From a virus (lineage: Duplodnaviria; Caudoviricetes): a stretch of DNA of 50,210 nucleotides. Each line of letters starts with the position of its first letter. The stretch's first letter is position 1. The notes under the pieces are model-generated. The model saw only the letters and a list, made by a program, of their open reading frames with translations. It ran no database searches and was not told the origin of the DNA. Both the position numbers and the translations under genes were made by a program. The stretch covers positions 1-50,210 of IMG/VR virus record IMGVR_UViG_3300045240_000072. One strand, given 5' to 3'. Of the stretch, positions 46,071-50,210 are shown one piece after another.

Positions 46071-46405
46071 AACTCATTATGGTATTTGCGGCTTGTGCCG
46101 CACTGTCGGCATGCGGCTCGATCAACACATGGAATGCCGCCGTGTTGGCAAACGGCGAATCGAACTATGCGGCCACGGTCAAGAATTTGAAAGACGTGGA
46201 CGACATGAAACTCAAACTATGGGCCGATGGAGCCTGTGCGGTGAACGTCGGCGCGTTGCAGCGGGTGTCGAGCACGACCAATAACCTGAACTTGGTCAAT
46301 GCGATCCTGATGGCCTGCCCCGTGCCGAATGTTGGCGTTACGGCGATTCTGCCAAGCGGCAATATGATGGTGCAGACCACGAACGTTACGCCGCCGGCGA
46401 AATGA
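46067..46405 (+). CDS. Lipoprotein in the lysis cassette (spanin-like position)
   Basis: MKLIMVFAACAALSAC with LSAC lipobox; two further Cys. Confidence 0.75.
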   Translation: MKLIMVFAACAALSACGSINTWNAAVLANGESNYAATVKNLKDVDDMKLKLWADGACAVNVGALQRVSSTTNNLNLVNAILMACPVPNVGVTAILPSGNMMVQTTNVTPPAK

Positions 46406-47046
46406 GCATTTCGGCCACCTTTCGCAAGAGTCTGGCCTATTGGGCCTGCATTGCGGCGTACAACACCGCGACGACGGATCAGTTCAGCCAAGTGCTGACC
46501 GTCGAGGATGTGACCATCTGCATTCGGTACGAGGGGCCGGATACCGTGATCATTTTCCCCGGCTCCGAGAAACTTCTCGACTGGCGTGATGATTTCGAGG
46601 CATTCCCATTCTCACATCCGAAGCTTGGCATTTTACATCTCGGGTTCTGGAAATTCATTCCGGAAGTGGCCGACAAGATCCAGCCGTTAATTCGGGGCGA
46701 TGTGTATCTGGGTGGCCACAGCTTGGGCGGCGCGCATGCGGCCGGCGTTGCGGCGGAACTTGGCTTGCGCGGCGTCAAAACGAAATTTCTCGCGATGTTC
46801 GAAGCGCCGCGCGTCGGGTGGCTGAAGTTCGCCATGCACCTGAAGACGTGCGCGGAAGACGCGGTACTGACGTGGAATGGCCTCGACCCCGTGGATATGG
46901 CCCCGCCGCCGCCCTGGCGTGACTCGTGGGGAATCACGCGAATGGAAGGCTTGCCGGGCGGCCTGGCAGACCTGAACCCGTTTGCGTACCACATGGGCCA
47001 AATCGTCTATGACACTTATTGCGCATCATTGCAGGGAGTCGAGTAG
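46402..47046 (+). CDS. Class 3 lipase (alpha/beta hydrolase)
   Basis: FPGS, DW..D, H.GF, GHSLGGA nucleophile elbow, F.APRVG, N..DPV, late His (AYHM). Confidence 0.9.
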   Translation: MSISATFRKSLAYWACIAAYNTATTDQFSQVLTVEDVTICIRYEGPDTVIIFPGSEKLLDWRDDFEAFPFSHPKLGILHLGFWKFIPEVADKIQPLIRGDVYLGGHSLGGAHAAGVAAELGLRGVKTKFLAMFEAPRVGWLKFAMHLKTCAEDAVLTWNGLDPVDMAPPPPWRDSWGITRMEGLPGGLADLNPFAYHMGQIVYDTYCASLQGVE

Positions 47047-47391
47047 GGCGCGGTATGCGTGCCGCATGCTTGCCGTGCCGCTCGCGGACGTCTTGTAATG
47101 CCGTCGGAACGCCGCGTACATCGCACCTACCTGTTCAACGGTCAATTCCTCTGGCGTAGGCATCTTGCGCCGCTTGATCGGTTCATCCGGCGAGACGAAT
47201 TCCTTGCGCGCGGCAACCGTGGCGGGGGTGCCGGATACAATGTGCCGCTTCCGCTTGCATGCTGGCGGGTCAGGATCATTGACCGCCCAGCGCATCCCGC
47301 ATGCGCACGCCCATTCGTCGCCTTCGTGGCGGGCCTCGCAGGACACCGGGCGGCCGTGTTTCAGTTCGGCAGACAGCGGCAAGTCACTCAT
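47026..47391 (-). CDS. Hypothetical protein with Zn-ribbon-like motif
   Basis: CEAR..GDEW.C.CG.RW..ND.DPP.C. Confidence 0.7.
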   Translation of the reverse strand: MSDLPLSAELKHGRPVSCEARHEGDEWACACGMRWAVNDPDPPACKRKRHIVSGTPATVAARKEFVSPDEPIKRRKMPTPEELTVEQVGAMYAAFRRHYKTSASGTASMRHAYRALLDSLQ

Positions 47392-47509
47392 CGTCGTGGC
47401 CCTCGGTCAAGTCGAGCACTTCCCCGGCATCGTCGGAGTCCAAGAATTGCGCCACGCCCATGATAGTCACGCCGGCGAGCAAGCCGGCAGCAAACGCGAT
47501 CAGAATCAT
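47384..47509 (-). CDS. Tiny single-TM protein with acidic tail (41 aa)
   Basis: Hand-translated MILIAFAAGLLAGVTIMGVAQFLDSDDAGEVLDLTEGHDDE; GGGAG RBS. Confidence 0.6.
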   Translation of the reverse strand: MILIAFAAGLLAGVTIMGVAQFLDSDDAGEVLDLTEGHDDE

Positions 47510-47592
47510 TTCGATAACTCCCGTTCGATGTAAAGAATAAAACAGATCGCGCCGAGTAGGGCGAAATCGGTCACCAGGTCAAGCCAGATCAT
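47506..47592 (-). CDS. Tiny single-TM protein (28 aa)
   Basis: Hand-translated MIWLDLVTDFALLGAICFILYIERELSK; ATGA overlaps at both ends. Confidence 0.55.
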   Translation of the reverse strand: MIWLDLVTDFALLGAICFILYIERELSK

Positions 47593-47801
47593 TTCGCATT
47601 CTCTGCGACGATGTCAGCGTCGATCGCTTGGTCGTAACCTGCGGGGGTGCCGCCGTAATCGCGGGTCACCCATTTGCGGATATACGAGTACCGCTCCGCG
47701 TCTTGATTGCGAGCATGCACGCCGATCAAGACCCCGAGAATATACCCGAGCAACCCGCCTATCAGAATCCAGAGACCAGTCTCGAGGGCGATGCCTGTCA
47801 C
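47589..47801 (-). CDS. Small single-TM protein
   Basis: GTGA-coupled start; LWILIGGLLGYILGVLIGV; DAERY motif. Confidence 0.6.
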   Translation of the reverse strand: MTGIALETGLWILIGGLLGYILGVLIGVHARNQDAERYSYIRKWVTRDYGGTPAGYDQAIDADIVAENAK

Positions 47802-48160
47802 GATTGCACCATGACCGACACGGCGCACAGCAGCGTGGCCACAAGAGCCGCCAGAACGTATCCGCGCGCCTGTTCCCAACGGGTCGGTTCGGGCGGCGTA
47901 AGGCGCGCGCCGGGGCCGAACGCTTCCTCAATCGTGCGCGGAAACCGGTCGCCGTAATATTGTGACGGCGGTATCCAGCGGGTCGAGCGTTGAAGGTTTA
48001 AGGGCTGTTCGGCCGGAAACGGGTACAACGCGGACTTGATTGATTTCAAAGCGTCGAGATTTCCCTGAAGCCGGGCCATGACAAGTTCGTCACGATGTCG
48101 ATCTGCCCGAGCGTTTGCCAAATCTTGGGAGATACCGCTTAAATCATAGAGCTGTCCCAT
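47798..48160 (-). CDS. Hypothetical protein with C-terminal TM
   Basis: RFPRTIEEAFGP motif; hydrophobic C-terminus; AAGGAA RBS. Confidence 0.7.
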   Translation of the reverse strand: MGQLYDLSGISQDLANARADRHRDELVMARLQGNLDALKSIKSALYPFPAEQPLNLQRSTRWIPPSQYYGDRFPRTIEEAFGPGARLTPPEPTRWEQARGYVLAALVATLLCAVSVMVQS

Positions 48161-48348
48161 TATTTCGATTCCTTTCGTTCGATAAGAATTTCGTCCGCCC
48201 CGATCAAAGTCGCTTTATAACCGTTCGCTTCTGCGTCTTGAACTATTTGCCGAAGCGACTCTCGCGCCATTTCGCCCGCTTTCCTCGACTGGGCCAGCCA
48301 TTGCGACATTTTCGCAGACGGCGGCGAAACGCCCTTCAAACCGATCAT
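48160..48348 (-). CDS. Small hypothetical protein
   Basis: 62 aa; GAGG RBS; coupled stops and starts. Confidence 0.65.
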   Translation of the reverse strand: MIGLKGVSPPSAKMSQWLAQSRKAGEMARESLRQIVQDAEANGYKATLIGADEILIERKESK

Positions 48349-48524
48349 TTTGCCTCCTCTTTTTTAATTCGCCATTCACGATACCAATTCGCTTTGCAAA
48401 TTGCGCTAATCGAGATCCCCGACTGTTGCGCCGCTTTGCTCGGCGCTACACCCTGGACGAGTACCAGCTCGCGCGCCTTGCGCATTGCTTCGGATTCATG
48501 GGCACCCATTAGCCGCCCGCTCAT
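48345..48524 (-). CDS. Small helix-turn-helix protein (candidate repressor of the repeat promoters)
   Basis: AMRKARELVLVQGVAPSKAAQQSGISISAICK fits an HTH pattern; start uncertain (48524 or 48509). Confidence 0.65.
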   Translation of the reverse strand: MSGRLMGAHESEAMRKARELVLVQGVAPSKAAQQSGISISAICKANWYREWRIKKEEAK

Positions 48525-49080
48525 CTTCTTGCCGAAAATACTCTTGCGCCACATTCGCGATCCCGAGATAAATCAGGCCATGGCCGGTATTACCGTATTT
48601 TTCGCTGACGCGTTGACGGAAGTCATCAATTGGCAACAATTGGCAACCGCAGCGAACCCAAATACCGCCCTCGGTATTGAAAAATTGGGTATTGCGGCGA
48701 ACCGAACCAAAACGGTCGAACTGGATCAACGGATTGCCTGGTTTTGATTTAAAATCCATCGCCTCGAACTTGGCCCCGTTGCCGAACTCGGCCCAGTTGC
48801 CGAACTCGGCCCAGTTGCCGAACTTGGCCGACTCGCCGAACTTGGCCCCCTTGCCGAACTTGGCCCCATTGCCGAACGCGGCCCCATTGCCGAACGCGGC
48901 CCAGTTGCCGAACGCGGCCCAGTTGCCGAACTTGGCCCAGTTGCCGAACTTGGCCCCATTGCCGAACTTGGCCGACTCGCCGAACTCTTCAATTTCCGAA
49001 TAGTCCGTATCGGCGGGGCAAATTCTCCAACCCTTAATTACCGGCAGAGCGGCGTACTCTTCTTTCGTGATTTTTTTCAT
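48496..49080 (-). CDS. Hexapeptide-repeat (beta-helix) protein with C-terminal CGC domain
   Basis: 12 x FG(N/E/K)(W/G/S)A(K/A/E); C-terminal IWVRCGC...F...V; GAGG RBS. Confidence 0.85.
   Translation of the reverse strand: MKKITKEEYAALPVIKGWRICPADTDYSEIEEFGESAKFGNGAKFGNWAKFGNWAAFGNWAAFGNGAAFGNGAKFGKGAKFGESAKFGNWAEFGNWAEFGNGAKFEAMDFKSKPGNPLIQFDRFGSVRRNTQFFNTEGGIWVRCGCQLLPIDDFRQRVSEKYGNTGHGLIYLGIANVAQEYFRQEDERAANGCP
48769..48984. repeat. 18-bp coding tandem repeat, 12 copies
   Basis: Plus-strand unit approximately CTTGGCCCAGTTGCCGAA. Confidence 0.92.
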
Positions 49081-49262
49081 TTAATCCTCGTGAAATAGTC
49101 GGCCCGCGCTTTTGCGATACTTAGGCCGTCGTCAGTTAATGGGTAGCTGCTGTCGCTCGTTGAATACGTGACGCCGATCCGAAACACTGTGTAGCGGGCG
49201 TTCCGTTTGTCGCGGTAGACCCAAGCTTTCGCATTTTCATAGGCGATGTCAGATTCACGCAT
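49077..49262 (-). CDS. Small hypothetical protein
   Basis: 61 aa; TAATG and ATGA-type coupling. Confidence 0.7.
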   Translation of the reverse strand: MRESDIAYENAKAWVYRDKRNARYTVFRIGVTYSTSDSSYPLTDDGLSIAKARADYFTRIK

Positions 49263-49465
49263 TAGGCGCGTTCCAGATAAACAGCGGCGCGCTTATCGCC
49301 GTTCGCTTTATCCCACTCATAAAACTGAACGAGGTTAGCGAAAACCGGCGAAATTGCTTTGAACTCGCCGGTACGCCGCCAATGGTCTGTATCAAAAAGA
49401 AAACAGCCAGTTTTACCGCTGACCACGTCTTTGCACTGAATCGTGTAGTTGGTTAAACAAGCCAT
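49262..49465 (-). CDS. Small hypothetical protein (intact paralog of 19466..19669)
   Basis: 67 aa; first gene after promoter copy 4. Confidence 0.8.
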   Translation of the reverse strand: MACLTNYTIQCKDVVSGKTGCFLFDTDHWRRTGEFKAISPVFANLVQFYEWDKANGDKRAAVYLERA

Positions 49466-49535
49466 TTCATTTACTCCGTTGCGTTGTCGATGTCTGTACT
49501 TTAGTTGAATAATTCAACCAAGTCAAGCGTTATTT
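49465..49535. repeat. 71-bp near-perfect repeat, copy B
   Basis: Matches 20213-20283; includes the last codons of the polymerase (AAATAA). Confidence 0.95.
49498..49526 (-). promoter_or_regulatory. Repeated sigma70 promoter with palindromic operator, copy 4
   Basis: TTGACT-TGGTTGAATTATTCAAC-TAAAGT. Confidence 0.88.
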
Positions 49536-50210
49536 ACTGTACCGTTTTTTCCGCCATCCACCCGACGCCCGAACCGGCCAGTCGGCCGCCCACGCCGGCA
49601 TCGTGGCCATGACCCGTTCAAATTCCTCGATACTGCCGGACCCCTCGGGGATCTCGCATACGATTTCGTCATATACATGCAGCACAACCGGGTATCCGGC
49701 GCGCTCTAAATTCACGATCGCATGGCGCAGGATATCCCGGCATGTCGCTTGCGTGATGTTTTCCGCGAGGCGGCCGCCCCACGTATCCATACGTTGCCAA
49801 CCAGGTGCGCCGTTCTTGATATTCGTGTTCCACCCTTCATACGAGATCGACAGGCCCCCGCGTTCGTAGTTCGGGCGCAGCCTGGGCGCGTGATAAGTCA
49901 GGTACCGCCCGGAGATCAAACGCAAGTACACGGCGTCCCCGCGCATTTCGAACGTCATACCGCGACATTCGAATACTCGGCCCGGGTACTGAATCGCTTG
50001 AATGAAAGCGCCCTCGACGCCGTACATTTCCGGCACATTCCCCGCATGAGTGCGGCGAGACTGACCGCCCCACAATTCCACGATGGCCGGGCTTGCGGCG
50101 CGCCATTTAAGAATTGCTTGTTTCATTTCCTCGTCGGTAAAAAATTCGTCCGCCCCGAACGCTTTCCACGCCCCGATCCATCCTTGGTAACCGGAAGCCA
50201 GCTCGGCGAG
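49530..50210 (-). CDS. Phage family A DNA polymerase, C-terminal part
   Basis: L.SGR.L.Y..P, TWGGRLAENITQA..RD, motif C VVLHVYDEIVCE, MP.WA..WP, RY.K end. Confidence 0.93.
   Translation of the reverse strand, partial: LAELASGYQGWIGAWKAFGADEFFTDEEMKQAILKWRAASPAIVELWGGQSRRTHAGNVPEMYGVEGAFIQAIQYPGRVFECRGMTFEMRGDAVYLRLISGRYLTYHAPRLRPNYERGGLSISYEGWNTNIKNGAPGWQRMDTWGGRLAENITQATCRDILRHAIVNLERAGYPVVLHVYDEIVCEIPEGSGSIEEFERVMATMPAWAADWPVRASGGWRKKRYSK
50084..50210. repeat. Terminal direct repeat (assembly overlap), copy 2
   Basis: Identical to 1-127. Confidence 0.95.

Noticed and set aside
48769-48984. CRISPR array
   Set aside because: Contiguous 18-bp in-frame coding repeats without spacers
15503-49526. 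CRISPR repeats or integron attC sites for the palindromic 29-mer
   Set aside because: The copies are dispersed, not regularly spaced, there is no integrase, and each maps exactly onto -35/-10 boxes

Overview
The window is an apparently complete, circularly permuted genome of a tailed phage with a contractile (myovirus-type) tail. The unique length is about 50,083 bp: bases 1-127 equal 50084-50210, typical of a k=127 assembler overlap. Gene order resembles the Bcep781/OP2-type myophages of Beta/Gammaproteobacteria (judged from recognised motifs, not a database search). A leftward replication arm encodes a family A DNA polymerase split across the window ends, an SSB and a Cas4-like nuclease. 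A rightward block encodes an SF2 helicase, VRR-NUC nuclease, adenine methylase and primase. Terminase, portal, head, sheath/tube, tape measure, baseplate and fibre genes follow, then a lysis cassette and a leftward operon of small early genes. I found no integrase, rRNA, tRNA or CRISPR array. The most unusual features are: (1) a ~180-nt intergenic segment (2027-2202) with an interlocked, double-pseudoknot-like set of pairings, a candidate undescribed ncRNA; (2) four copies of a sigma70 promoter with a palindromic operator in its spacer, each driving small leftward genes, with signs of cassette shuffling; (3) an intact Nudix hydrolase fused to the head maturation protease; (4) a fibre-like protein with a signal peptide; (5) a class 3 lipase ending the lysis cassette; (6) a conserved hairpin-plus-RBS leader before three virion genes; (7) one small beta-domain inserted into four different virion proteins.
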